Of a stretch of 64,000 bases of DNA, positions 26,817 through 36,182 are shown one piece after another. The translations under genes and the position numbers were made by a program. The notes below the pieces were generated by a model. It did not search any database, was not told the origin of the DNA, and worked only from the letters and a program-made list of their open reading frames with translations. The DNA comes from Phycisphaerae bacterium (GTDB lineage Bacteria; Planctomycetota; Phycisphaerae; UBA1845). The DNA is taken from NCBI GenBank assembly GCA_963666835.2, contig CAXXGO010000001.1, forward strand, positions 1,024,001 through 1,088,000, in the 5' to 3' direction. How positions within the stretch are numbered: the first letter of the stretch is position 1; each line of letters starts with the position of its first letter.

Positions 26817-27461
26817 ATGGCAATGCGCAAACTCTCTGTCTGGGTGGGGCTGCTTCTCATCGCTGGTGCCGGGATAGCTGAGGCGTCTCCGGTCGAGTTG
26901 TCAATCGCACCCGTTTTCGGGTCGACCGAAAACACCGGGTCGACCGCTACGATCACGCTTGCCTTCAGTGAGCAAGGGCTCGATGACCTCATGGAAGTCA
27001 CGCTGGCGAACACGACCGACCCGGTTCTCGGCTCGAAGCTCACGGCCGCCGGCATCGAGCTGCCCGACGTGCTTTCGTCGAGCATTACACTGGCGACGGC
27101 CAGTTCGTATTTCGACCAGCTTACCTTTGACGTTAACGTCTCGCCGGGTTGGATCGACGCTCCCGGCGGCTATGACCTGATTCTCTCGAGCGACGGCAAT
27201 TTCCAGGGCGGTAATCCAAACGGCAGTCCGGAGGCCGGGCAGTCACAGTCCGTGCTACTGAACCTCGGGGATACCGGACTCAGCCCCGCCGAGCTGGAAA
27301 CCGCGTTTGAGAGCTTCTACGCCGACTTCGACGGCAATCACGCCATATGCCGCTTTCAGTCCGTAGGTCCAAACGGCCAACTGTCCGATATGGTGGTCCC
27401 GGAACCGGCCACGCTCGTCTTGCTGGCTCTCGGTGGTTGGGCGGTTCGGCGCAGATTCTAA
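26817..27461 (+). CDS. PEP-CTERM sorting-domain protein
   Basis: Signal peptide; C-terminal VPEPATLVLLALGGWAVRRRF. Confidence 0.9.
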   Translation: MAMRKLSVWVGLLLIAGAGIAEASPVELSIAPVFGSTENTGSTATITLAFSEQGLDDLMEVTLANTTDPVLGSKLTAAGIELPDVLSSSITLATASSYFDQLTFDVNVSPGWIDAPGGYDLILSSDGNFQGGNPNGSPEAGQSQSVLLNLGDTGLSPAELETAFESFYADFDGNHAICRFQSVGPNGQLSDMVVPEPATLVLLALGGWAVRRRF

Positions 27462-27486
27462 CTCAAGCTGCGGTTACGGGTGACGC

Positions 27487-27690
27487 TTACCTGTCACCGT
27501 CGTGCGTGTCGATGTCCAGCGGGGCGTGGTGATGCTCTTGGGCTTGCGGATCGCGCATGATACGGTGCATGCAGAAGCCCAGCAGGGCGAGCACCATTCC
27601 GACGCTCAGGGCCATGATGACCGCACCCCCGACGGTGAGGGTTACCGGAGGCTCCGCCACTTGAGCAATCAAAGGCTGTATCCCGATCAT
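27487..27690 (-). CDS. Small single-TM protein coupled to the NSS gene (MetS-like accessory subunit?)
   Basis: ATGA overlap with the NSS stop; one TM helix; His-rich tail. Confidence 0.55.
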   Translation of the reverse strand: MIGIQPLIAQVAEPPVTLTVGGAVIMALSVGMVLALLGFCMHRIMRDPQAQEHHHAPLDIDTHDGDR

Positions 27691-29522
27691 GAGCCGGACT
27701 CCATTGCGCGCCCGCCCGCCTTATACTGTTCAATAACCCGGCCGATGCGTCCGCGGCAGGCGATGTCACCCAACACTATCAAAAGGACCAGGAGCACCAG
27801 GATCCCGATAAGGACCCCGCGGGCCACATTGGCGTCTCTGGGTCCTGCAGCCTTGGCCAGCTCGGCCTCTTCCCGCGATGCCAGAAGCCAGTCGGGTAGC
27901 GCTTCGATGTCGATAGCTTGCCCCTGCGCCCCGAGAATGTCAGCCACCTGCGCCGCGACCACATCTTCGGAAAGGCCTTCTTCTAACAAGTGAGCTTTCG
28001 CGGCGGATTCGTACACCGCACGTTCGTACGACAGGGCGCGAACACGGGGGTTCATTCCGTCCAGGTATCCGCCGGCGTTCGACGCCGTCCACGCCAGCAG
28101 GATGATGATCAGGAAAGCGGGCGTTACGTAGCGGATCATGATCGCCATCCAGTCGGGCACCCGGAAGTCGGCCCCGCGGTTCATCTCCTTCACCCCGCGC
28201 TCTGCTCCGATGATCCACCCGAACATCAACACCATGCACGTCGCCGCGATAATCATGCACAGGTTGCACCAGAAGTCCGTGTAGTCGAGTGCCAGATACC
28301 CCTTGGTAAAGTACATGATCGGAGCAGCGCCGACGGCCGTTACCACTCCCAAGATGGTCACGCTTGCCCGACGCCGGAGTCCGAATCCGTCTTCCAGGAA
28401 GGCGATCGCCGGCTGAAGCATGCTGAGCGAGCTGGTCACGGCCGCTACGAACAACAGCCCGAACCACATCGCCCCGAAGAAGCTGCCCCAGAACTGCCCA
28501 CCCGGCATGAAATTCATAATCGCGGGGATTGTGATGAACCCCAGCCCGAACGTGCCGCCCTTGGCATTCTCCGCCCCGAGGAACAGAAACGCCGTGGGGA
28601 CCACGATCAGACCACCGAGGATCACTTCGCAGAACTCGTTGGTGCTCGAAGCGCTCAAGCCGGTCAACACCACGTCGTCTTCGCTGCGCAGATAGCTGGA
28701 GTAGCAGAGAATGAGTCCGAACCCGACGCTCAGGCTGAAGAAAATCTGTCCCGAGGCGGCCAGCCACACTTGCGGGTCCCACAACGCATCCCATTGGGGG
28801 TTCCACATGAACCCAAGCCCGCTGGAGATACCTCTGAGCGTGAGGACCCGCGCCAGGATGATCAACGCGCAGATGATCAACGCCGGCATGGCGTATTTGC
28901 AGAACTTCTCGATCCCACGGGTGACGCCCTGATAGATGATGACGAAGTTCACGAAGAAACAGATCAGCACCAGCCACAGCATCCGGTTGCCTTCGAACAC
29001 TGCGCCGTGGGCGCCCAAGCCGCAAGCGGTCTGGTGATAGCCTTCCGCAACCCCAACAACCGCCGGGACGGCCGCGCCTTGCTCCGTCACTCCGGTCGTG
29101 GCCTTAGCAAATGCCGCCGCGAACCCCCCCGAGGCAAACTCGATGCAATAGTCCAGGCACCACGCCTCGAGCAGTACGTAGTACATGTAGATGACCACCG
29201 GGATGAGCAGGGCCATCGCGCCCATGGCTTTCGCCGGGGCTTTCGGCCACAACGCGTACATAATCCCCGGGGCGCTGTTTTGCCCGTAACGCCCGCCGAA
29301 ACGGCCCATCGTCCACTCGCACCAGGCGATTGGAACGCCCAGGACGAGGAAGCTGATGATGTACGGGATCATAAAGGCCCCGCCGCCGTTGTTGACGGCT
29401 TGGCCGGGGAACCGCAGGAAGTTGCCCAGGCCCACCGCCGAACCGGCCACCGCCAGAACGACCCCGAGCCTGGAGCCCCAGTTTTCTTTCTTGGGCAGGA
29501 GCTGTTTGGGTGCTGTGCTCAT
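27687..29522 (-). CDS. Sodium-dependent transporter, NSS/SLC6 (LeuT-like)
   Basis: W.SRLG..LA.AGSAVGLGNFLRFP, NGGGAF.IPY, QIFFSLSVGFG, NEFCEV. Confidence 0.95.
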   Translation of the reverse strand: MSTAPKQLLPKKENWGSRLGVVLAVAGSAVGLGNFLRFPGQAVNNGGGAFMIPYIISFLVLGVPIAWCEWTMGRFGGRYGQNSAPGIMYALWPKAPAKAMGAMALLIPVVIYMYYVLLEAWCLDYCIEFASGGFAAAFAKATTGVTEQGAAVPAVVGVAEGYHQTACGLGAHGAVFEGNRMLWLVLICFFVNFVIIYQGVTRGIEKFCKYAMPALIICALIILARVLTLRGISSGLGFMWNPQWDALWDPQVWLAASGQIFFSLSVGFGLILCYSSYLRSEDDVVLTGLSASSTNEFCEVILGGLIVVPTAFLFLGAENAKGGTFGLGFITIPAIMNFMPGGQFWGSFFGAMWFGLLFVAAVTSSLSMLQPAIAFLEDGFGLRRRASVTILGVVTAVGAAPIMYFTKGYLALDYTDFWCNLCMIIAATCMVLMFGWIIGAERGVKEMNRGADFRVPDWMAIMIRYVTPAFLIIILLAWTASNAGGYLDGMNPRVRALSYERAVYESAAKAHLLEEGLSEDVVAAQVADILGAQGQAIDIEALPDWLLASREEAELAKAAGPRDANVARGVLIGILVLLVLLIVLGDIACRGRIGRVIEQYKAGGRAMESGS

Positions 29523-29684
29523 CGATGTCCGACGCGGGGGCTTTACGGGCCTGCAGAATCGAGTGATCGCCGCGCCGACCTCCTCGCCGGAGATTCTACA
29601 CTAACGAACGTCGCGTCGCCAACGGTTGCCTGATCTGCATCGATCCGCTATTTTCGACCGGGCATCTTACAAACGGAGCTACAC

Positions 29685-31496
29685 ATGTTCGACCTGGGGC
29701 AATTCGCGGCGGATATGGTTGACTGGGTGTGGTCTGTTTACCTCTTTCTGTTGTTGCTGGGCTGCGGCCTGGCGTTCTCGATTATCAGCAAGTTCGTGCA
29801 GTGGCGGATTATGACGCACGGCTACTCGTGCATACGGGGCCACTACGACAGGCCGGGAGATACCGGGCACATCAATCACTTTCAGGCCCTGTGCGCGGCG
29901 CTTTCCGCCACGATCGGGCTCGGAAACATCGCAGGGGTGGCCGTCGCGGTTTCGTTGGGCGGTCCCGGCGCGGTGTTCTGGATGTGGGTGGTCGGCGTCT
30001 TCGGCATGGCCTTGAAGTTCATGGAATGCACCTTGGCCGTGATGTTCAGAGACGTTCGTGATATTCCCGATCCCAGCGCTCCGGCACTGACCGCGGCGGA
30101 TGCCGAGCAGCGGACTTTGGAATACGACGGTGAAGAACCGCCGGCTCCCGGAGCCGAGACCCGCGCCCGCGGTGAGGTCCGCGGGGGACCGATGTGGTAC
30201 ATGCAGAAGGCCCTGGTAGAGCCGCTGCGCGAGCGGGGAAACGGGCTTTGGGTGGTCTTCAAGGTCCTGGCCGTGCTTTTTGCCGTCTCGACGGTGCTGA
30301 ACTCGTTCGGCGGCGGCAACATGTTCCAGGGCTGGAATGTGTCTGACCAGCTGGAAAGGCATTTCGCTATCCGTAGGGAACTCGGGGCGGTTCTGTTTTC
30401 ATGCCTCGTGGCGATTGTGATCATCGGAGGGATCAGGCGTATTGGCGAGGTGGCGTCTAAGCTAGTTCCGTTCATGTGCGTGGTGTACGTGCTGGGGGCT
30501 TTATATGTCATCGTCGCTCACGCGGGCGAGGTTCCGAAGTACATCTCGATGATCGTCACGTCGGCCTTCACCCCAACCGCTGAGACGGGGGCATGCGGCG
30601 GAGTGATTGTGTGGATTGCCTTCAAGCAAGGTCTTCGACGAGCCTGCTTCTCCAACGAGGCGGGCGAGGGGTCGGCCGCCATGGCCCACGCCGCGGCCAA
30701 GACCGATGAGCCTGTCCGGGAAGGTGTTGTCGCGGGGATCGGCCCGTTTGTCGACACGATTCTTATCTGCACGATGACCGCGCTGGTGCTGCTTACGAGC
30801 GGGGCGTGGGATCGCCCGGCCGTCGGGCTAATCGCGAGCATTGACGGGGACACCGCTCTGGTCCAACGCGGCGCGGCGATTCCGGAGAACATGGAGGCCC
30901 TGTACCTGGAGCGCGTACGAGTCGACGCCGGCAAGAGCCTCGGCGTTCAGGTCGTCCGCGAGATGGGCAAGCAGCTCGAGACCGTGGCCGCACCTATCTC
31001 CGAGATAGAACGGGGGGAAGGCGAGGGTTGGGCTGCGCTGCAAACGGTCTCTCTCGATCTGTCTAAGCTCAAAGAGGGAGATCGTGAAAAGGTGGCCGTG
31101 GGGCAGCACGTTCATCTGGACATGGACGGTGCCGAGATGACCGGTTTTGCCTTCGACATCACCCTTCGTGGATTCGGGAAGTACATGGTGACCATTGCCG
31201 TGTGCCTCTTCGGCTTCAGCACGATGATCAGTTGGAGCTATTACGGTGAGAAGGGGGCCGAGTATCTGATGGGGCCTCGGGCCATCTTGCCGTACAAGTT
31301 CCTGTTTGTGATCTTCGTTTTCCTGGGCATGGTCTTGCCCAAGTTCCAGACGGTATACGACTTCTCCGACGCGACCACCGGGTTGATGGTGCTATGGAAC
31401 CTGCCGGCGGTGTTGATCCTCTCTCCGGTTGTGATCCGCGCCGCCAAGAGCTATTTCAACCGCCTCGACCGCGGCGAAATGCCTCGCTACAAGTAG
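29685..31496 (+). CDS. Alanine/glycine:cation symporter (AGCS)
   Basis: FQAL..ALSATIGLGNIAGVA..GGPGAVFWMW, RGGPM.Y, FSNEAG.GS, F.DTI.ICTMT, FSTMISWSYYGE. Confidence 0.95.
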   Translation: MFDLGQFAADMVDWVWSVYLFLLLLGCGLAFSIISKFVQWRIMTHGYSCIRGHYDRPGDTGHINHFQALCAALSATIGLGNIAGVAVAVSLGGPGAVFWMWVVGVFGMALKFMECTLAVMFRDVRDIPDPSAPALTAADAEQRTLEYDGEEPPAPGAETRARGEVRGGPMWYMQKALVEPLRERGNGLWVVFKVLAVLFAVSTVLNSFGGGNMFQGWNVSDQLERHFAIRRELGAVLFSCLVAIVIIGGIRRIGEVASKLVPFMCVVYVLGALYVIVAHAGEVPKYISMIVTSAFTPTAETGACGGVIVWIAFKQGLRRACFSNEAGEGSAAMAHAAAKTDEPVREGVVAGIGPFVDTILICTMTALVLLTSGAWDRPAVGLIASIDGDTALVQRGAAIPENMEALYLERVRVDAGKSLGVQVVREMGKQLETVAAPISEIERGEGEGWAALQTVSLDLSKLKEGDREKVAVGQHVHLDMDGAEMTGFAFDITLRGFGKYMVTIAVCLFGFSTMISWSYYGEKGAEYLMGPRAILPYKFLFVIFVFLGMVLPKFQTVYDFSDATTGLMVLWNLPAVLILSPVVIRAAKSYFNRLDRGEMPRYK

Positions 31497-31668
31497 TCTG
31501 CCGGCCTTTCGGTTCTATCCACGTGTGTGCCACTGTTCTTGAGCAGTGCATTGACGGGACGCGGTCCGGCTGGTGACCATGGTACCCTGCGTCCGGCAGG
31601 CCGATGGTTCCGGAACGGGGTGTCGAAGGATGAGCCGCGTCCGGCCGGTTACTTGCGTTGCCAGAATG

Positions 31669-32883
31669 CTACGGCAGAAGCGTAACTACCTCGATCTCGT
31701 GCTCCCGGGCTTCGGTTGAGCCGGCCGGGATGGTGCGGATGCGAACCGAGTCACCCTTGAGGATTCGCTCCCAAGCCTGAAACCCGTAGACCTCTTCGGT
31801 CGGTCGCCCGTCGATTGACACGACGGTGTCGCCGATGGTCAGTCCGGCTTGCTGAGCCGGTGATCCGTCCCGTACGCGCGAGATCGTGAATCCCGTTTCA
31901 CCCTTGGTCAGTCCGAACCCGGCGGCGCGGTAGGGGGGTAGGGTGATAGGGGATTTGTCCGCGCGCTCCAACCGAACTCGCTGGTTCACCTGGTCGAGGG
32001 AGAACACGAAGCTTGCGAGGGCTTGGTTTCCGATTAACGCTCGGTTCATGCCCTCGTTGATGGTCCCGTACGGCTCGTTGAAGGCGTATTCGCCGACGGT
32101 GAGCCGCCCGCGGAGCCGCCCGATCTTCGTGTCGAACTTCCGGTCGACGGTTTGGGCTCCCGGCCCTTCGACCGGTTCGGAGGCATAGGGACAGCTTTTT
32201 GTCACTGCTTCCGAGAACACGAACCACGCGGACGCCCCCGTGTCGATGACGAATTGGTGCGGTGTCTCGTTTACATTGACCGCAACCACCGGGGCACTGA
32301 AGGGGTTGCGGTAGGTGAAATCAAAGACATCCCGGCCGTTGGCGGGCGGCAGCGAGGTTTTCGTAAGACGGATCTTCCCTGCCGGATAGTCAAACACGAG
32401 CAGGCAATCCCGCAACATGCCGATCCCGATTGCGCCGTCGAACCGGCGGCCGATAGGCGAATCCAGGGCGAGAGTCTCAACCGCGCGAAACTCCGCATCA
32501 CCCAGCTTCAGGGACCTTACCTCATGGAAGGTCGCGGGGAGCCCATTCCCGTTGGGTCCGGCCACTTTGATCTCGAACCCGCTTCCGAACTTCGCGGGTG
32601 GGGGAAGCTCCAATGCCGTGGCGATGTTCTTATTGACGATAAGCCCCGGCGCGCCGGTGTCGACGACGAGTCGGTAGGGGCCTTGCCCGTTGATGTGGGC
32701 CTCGACTATCGGGAGATTGTGGAGCCGCTGCATGGGAATCTCTACCGCGCCGTTCGGGATGATTGTCTCTTTCGGTACGGGGTTCGGACCCATGGCGATC
32801 TGCCCACAGGCTGTGGCCGTGACGATCCCCACCGCGAGCAAGCCGGCAACACTCGAAGAGCAACATAGTTGATTGCGACCCAC
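31669..32883 (-). CDS. Exported double retropepsin-like aspartyl protease with PDZ domain
   Basis: Two DTGA motifs (VVDTGA, VIDTGA); C-terminal GFGL...V..GSPA..AGL..GD....IDG; GTG start after AAGGAG. Confidence 0.88.
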   Translation of the reverse strand: MGRNQLCCSSSVAGLLAVGIVTATACGQIAMGPNPVPKETIIPNGAVEIPMQRLHNLPIVEAHINGQGPYRLVVDTGAPGLIVNKNIATALELPPPAKFGSGFEIKVAGPNGNGLPATFHEVRSLKLGDAEFRAVETLALDSPIGRRFDGAIGIGMLRDCLLVFDYPAGKIRLTKTSLPPANGRDVFDFTYRNPFSAPVVAVNVNETPHQFVIDTGASAWFVFSEAVTKSCPYASEPVEGPGAQTVDRKFDTKIGRLRGRLTVGEYAFNEPYGTINEGMNRALIGNQALASFVFSLDQVNQRVRLERADKSPITLPPYRAAGFGLTKGETGFTISRVRDGSPAQQAGLTIGDTVVSIDGRPTEEVYGFQAWERILKGDSVRIRTIPAGSTEAREHEIEVVTLLP

Positions 32884-33127
32884 AGGTTCGACTCCTTTAA
32901 TAGCCGCGAGCACCGAGCCGTATCGCCCGGGTCTCACCGGACCGCAGGTTCTCTAACAGCCAAGACGGACCCGAACGCCGGCTCCGGTCAGAAACCCGGA
33001 GAAGAGCTGCTGCCGACGTGCCGATGGAGCCCGGCCGAATCGCGTGGCAGATTCGCTCGACCTTCGCATCATTCGATAATCGGACCTGGCGAAGCTGGCC
33101 GGTCCGTTCGGCACGACCAACTCGCTC

Positions 33128-33976
33128 TCATTCCGGTTGCCCGTCGATCTCTCCCGTTGTGCAGAAACCACGAAAACCCCGCTCAAATTCCTCCTCCGTC
33201 ATCGCGGACGCCTCCAGCAGCCAACGGTACACGCCCTCCCGGGTGCGCACGTTGTCGGCCCGCAGACTGGCCGGGAGCTTCCGAAGAACGGGTTGTGCCC
33301 TCGACAGTCTTGCGAGGTATGCGTTCAACCAGAATGACAGGAAGGTCATTCGCGGCAATTGCTCCGATCCACAGGTCCAATAGCCCCGTGGATCCAGCAA
33401 CAACTCCTTGGCGGACATGCAGTAGTCGCCATCAAGATAACGCTCAGATCGCACAGCAGATACCTCGTCGCCGGACTGTGCGTCTTCGCGTGGATTACCC
33501 GCGCAGACGATGTTCTGCATCGCGCATGCCACGCCCTCCTGGATAGCCATTGGGTACGGGAACCCATCCGTCATAACGTCCAACAACCCGTGCGCCAGCT
33601 CGTGCGTCACTATTTGGCGGATCGACAGAGAGTCGCTGAACAGGGCGATCGCCGCGCGCAGCTCACGGATCCAGACTCCGGACGCACGATTCCGATCAAC
33701 GTGTCGCGCGGCATACGACGGCACCGCGTTGAGACCTACGGAACGTCCAAAGCACAACACTCGCAGGGGCCGTATGTTGCCGGCCGCATCGGTGTACGCT
33801 TTGATCCGCGCTATTAGACGATGTACGTCGCTTTGGACTACTGTGCGAATCTGATCAGATTCCTCAGGCGAACAGCCAACCGCATAAACCGCGACCGGGC
33901 TGCAGCGGAACCGTCTGACCCTGTTCCGGATTCGTATTCGCGGCACGAGGCAAACGCGTTGCAGCCATGATTTCAT
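33128..33976 (-). CDS. Hypothetical gluzincin-like metallopeptidase
   Basis: VTHELAH followed by QEGVA. Confidence 0.6.
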   Translation of the reverse strand: MKSWLQRVCLVPRIRIRNRVRRFRCSPVAVYAVGCSPEESDQIRTVVQSDVHRLIARIKAYTDAAGNIRPLRVLCFGRSVGLNAVPSYAARHVDRNRASGVWIRELRAAIALFSDSLSIRQIVTHELAHGLLDVMTDGFPYPMAIQEGVACAMQNIVCAGNPREDAQSGDEVSAVRSERYLDGDYCMSAKELLLDPRGYWTCGSEQLPRMTFLSFWLNAYLARLSRAQPVLRKLPASLRADNVRTREGVYRWLLEASAMTEEEFERGFRGFCTTGEIDGQPE

Positions 33977-34014
33977 CGTGCGGTTCCTCTTCCAACAGAA
34001 CCTCGCTCAGCACG

Positions 34015-34059
34015 ATAGGTCGGGCTAAGCCCGACGATAAACGTCGGAGCCAGACCTAT
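34015..34059. repeat. Inverted doublet of GTAG-type REP elements
   Basis: ataggtcgggctaagcccgac ... gtcggagccagacctat. Confidence 0.7.
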
Positions 34060-34064
34060 TCAGC

Positions 34065-34514
34065 TTAACCACCCTGCTGCTCGCTCCAGGTCTGCATGTA
34101 TTCGCAGATGTCTTCCTTCAGGGAACCCGTTTGACCTACCAGCCACGCCGTGAGGTTGACACGACGTCCGGGACCATGTATCCAGAGGTTAAAGCCCTTG
34201 TGTGGAACCGTAATGCGGGAAACGTCCGTCCATGCAATCTGCCCTGACCTCACAAACCCGCGATAGTAGATGCCACGATCGGTCAGGCGCACTCGAATCC
34301 GAAGGCTGCCTATTGCTGCCAGGCAAGGGACCACCACTACCACGAAGAAAGCCTGAGTCCCCAATGCCTGGAAATCAAATGTCCTGACTCCCGGAAACAA
34401 CACGAAGGACACGAACCCAAAGTCGTATAGAAGAACGTAAATCCAGACCGATGCACCAAACGCGCCCAACAGTGGTACGAATGCCGTTATTCTATAAGTG
34501 CGATCACCCATCAT
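34065..34514 (-). CDS. Small membrane protein with bacterial PH-like domain
   Basis: Two TMs, then RVRLTDRGIYYRG...IAW.DV; paralogous to the C-terminal half of 39982-40971. Confidence 0.7.
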   Translation of the reverse strand: MMGDRTYRITAFVPLLGAFGASVWIYVLLYDFGFVSFVLFPGVRTFDFQALGTQAFFVVVVVPCLAAIGSLRIRVRLTDRGIYYRGFVRSGQIAWTDVSRITVPHKGFNLWIHGPGRRVNLTAWLVGQTGSLKEDICEYMQTWSEQQGG

Positions 34515-34778
34515 CTGATTAGCTACGCCTCACTACTCTACCTCAACCGTCACGTCAAACATACTGCGCACGCTGTTGACACAAGCTCACTGCGACACGC
34601 CGTAACCCGGGTGCGTTCGCCCGCCGGCGAGAACTCCTGGAAGCACCAGGTACGCACCAAGCATCACTAGAAACCAGCCCGCCGAGAACGAGCGAGATTA
34701 TCGCCAGTGTGCGCCAAACGACGGTCAAACCCCGCGTCGAGGGTTCTGGCAACTCTGATTTGGATCTCGAGCGGTGTC

Positions 34779-35147
34779 TCACTCCACCTTCCGCGAACTT
34801 CCGATTGCCCCCTCTCGCTCACTGTCCGTGTCGGTTCTACAGTTGCGGTTGCAGTCGTCATCAAGCCGAAGCAGAATCTCATGCGCCAGTTGACACAGGG
34901 TGGTGTTCACGAAAAGTAGGACGCCAACAGCAATCGCAGCACATCCAAACATCGCCACACTCAGATCCTGGGTCGAAGGAGCACCCTCCTGGCCGACAAA
35001 TGGCGACAATATCATCACGCACCCCGCGCCGAGCAGACACAGACTTGTCATCAGCGCCGCTACAAACAGTGACGAGCGTCGCTGTCTCGCCAACATACGC
35101 AGCAGGCTTGTGTTGGCCCACCTCTCTGGTTTTCTCATTGTGGTCAC
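34779..35147 (-). CDS. Small two-TM hypothetical protein
   Basis: Two hydrophobic segments; same strand as neighbouring genes. Confidence 0.5.
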   Translation of the reverse strand: MTTMRKPERWANTSLLRMLARQRRSSLFVAALMTSLCLLGAGCVMILSPFVGQEGAPSTQDLSVAMFGCAAIAVGVLLFVNTTLCQLAHEILLRLDDDCNRNCRTDTDSEREGAIGSSRKVE

Positions 35148-35261
35148 CTGCCGAAGACCCTTCCAAACCTATCGCGCCTTTCACCGTATAAAGCAGTATC
35201 GTCTTCGAATACACACGCCATTGCCATGCTTCCTGCGGAACGACAGCTCCGCCGCCTGAGC

Positions 35262-35340
35262 CCGGGCTTTGCCCGACGGTGAAAGTCTGCCGGTAAAGGC
35301 AAGCAGCTCTGGGAGACGCGTCGAGCTGAGCCCGACCTAC
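35262..35340. repeat. REP doublet with conserved spacer
   Basis: cgggctttgcccgac ... aaaggcaagcagctctgggagacgcg ... tcgagctgagcccgacctac. Confidence 0.7.
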
Positions 35341-35498
35341 TTGGCTGGCCGAATGTTATTCCACCGTTGAGTACTCCCGCGTTGATCCTGAGGATTACGC
35401 AATCCGTGGTGAGTCGGGAATGGCCACCACGCCCTTTCTGATCTCCACCGACGCCACCGAACGCTGAGCCGACCGCTGCTGCCTCCGGACGAAAGCAA

Positions 35499-35828
35499 TC
35501 ACCGTAAGTCATCCGCCCGTTGTCCAGGTGGGCGGAACAGGGCTTTTGCTCTTTCCATTTCCTCCACGAGCACCCGGGCGACGCAGAGCAATACTGTTAA
35601 GAGAGTGAAGAACCCGCCGCCGTACAATGCCGCGAATACCACGACTAATCGTTCGCAGTATTCCACTGTATTTTCACGGGCCGGCAACGTGATGGCGGCG
35701 CCTATTCCAATTACCAGCAACAGGGCTCCGGGCACCAACATCACGGGCGCGTAGCCGCCGTGAACGACGAGCGATCGCAACCGGTCATACTGCGTGCGAT
35801 TACGAACACTTCCTTGGTCTCCTGCCAT
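35499..35828 (-). CDS. Small two-TM hypothetical protein
   Basis: AAGGAGG RBS before ATG 35828; two TMs. Confidence 0.6.
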   Translation of the reverse strand: MAGDQGSVRNRTQYDRLRSLVVHGGYAPVMLVPGALLLVIGIGAAITLPARENTVEYCERLVVVFAALYGGGFFTLLTVLLCVARVLVEEMERAKALFRPPGQRADDLR

Positions 35829-36182
35829 GCAGTAGTCCTCCTTCCTTACCATTCCGTTCCGGACCGTGATCCTGCGCCGCCGGTCCCCCAAGTCATTGTA
35901 CCATCGCTCCCACCCCGTATCGCGACGCAGGCGCCCCCGTAAATGTGGCCACCCGCGGTACCGAGCGGAGTAACCGCCCAGTGCCGCGTGGTGGCACTTA
36001 TTCGATCACTGTGATCGGCCGTCAAAACGACTCCCGACTCCGTTTCCGACCCAAGATCTACAGCCTTGCCGTTTGCTCCTGGCACGGGCAAGCGTTCCTC
36101 GTCCTGGGGCTGGCCAGTCCGCCTGTTGCTTGACGCTGGACGAATACGAAACCTGCGCGGACGCGGCCAATGGGTGACAGAG

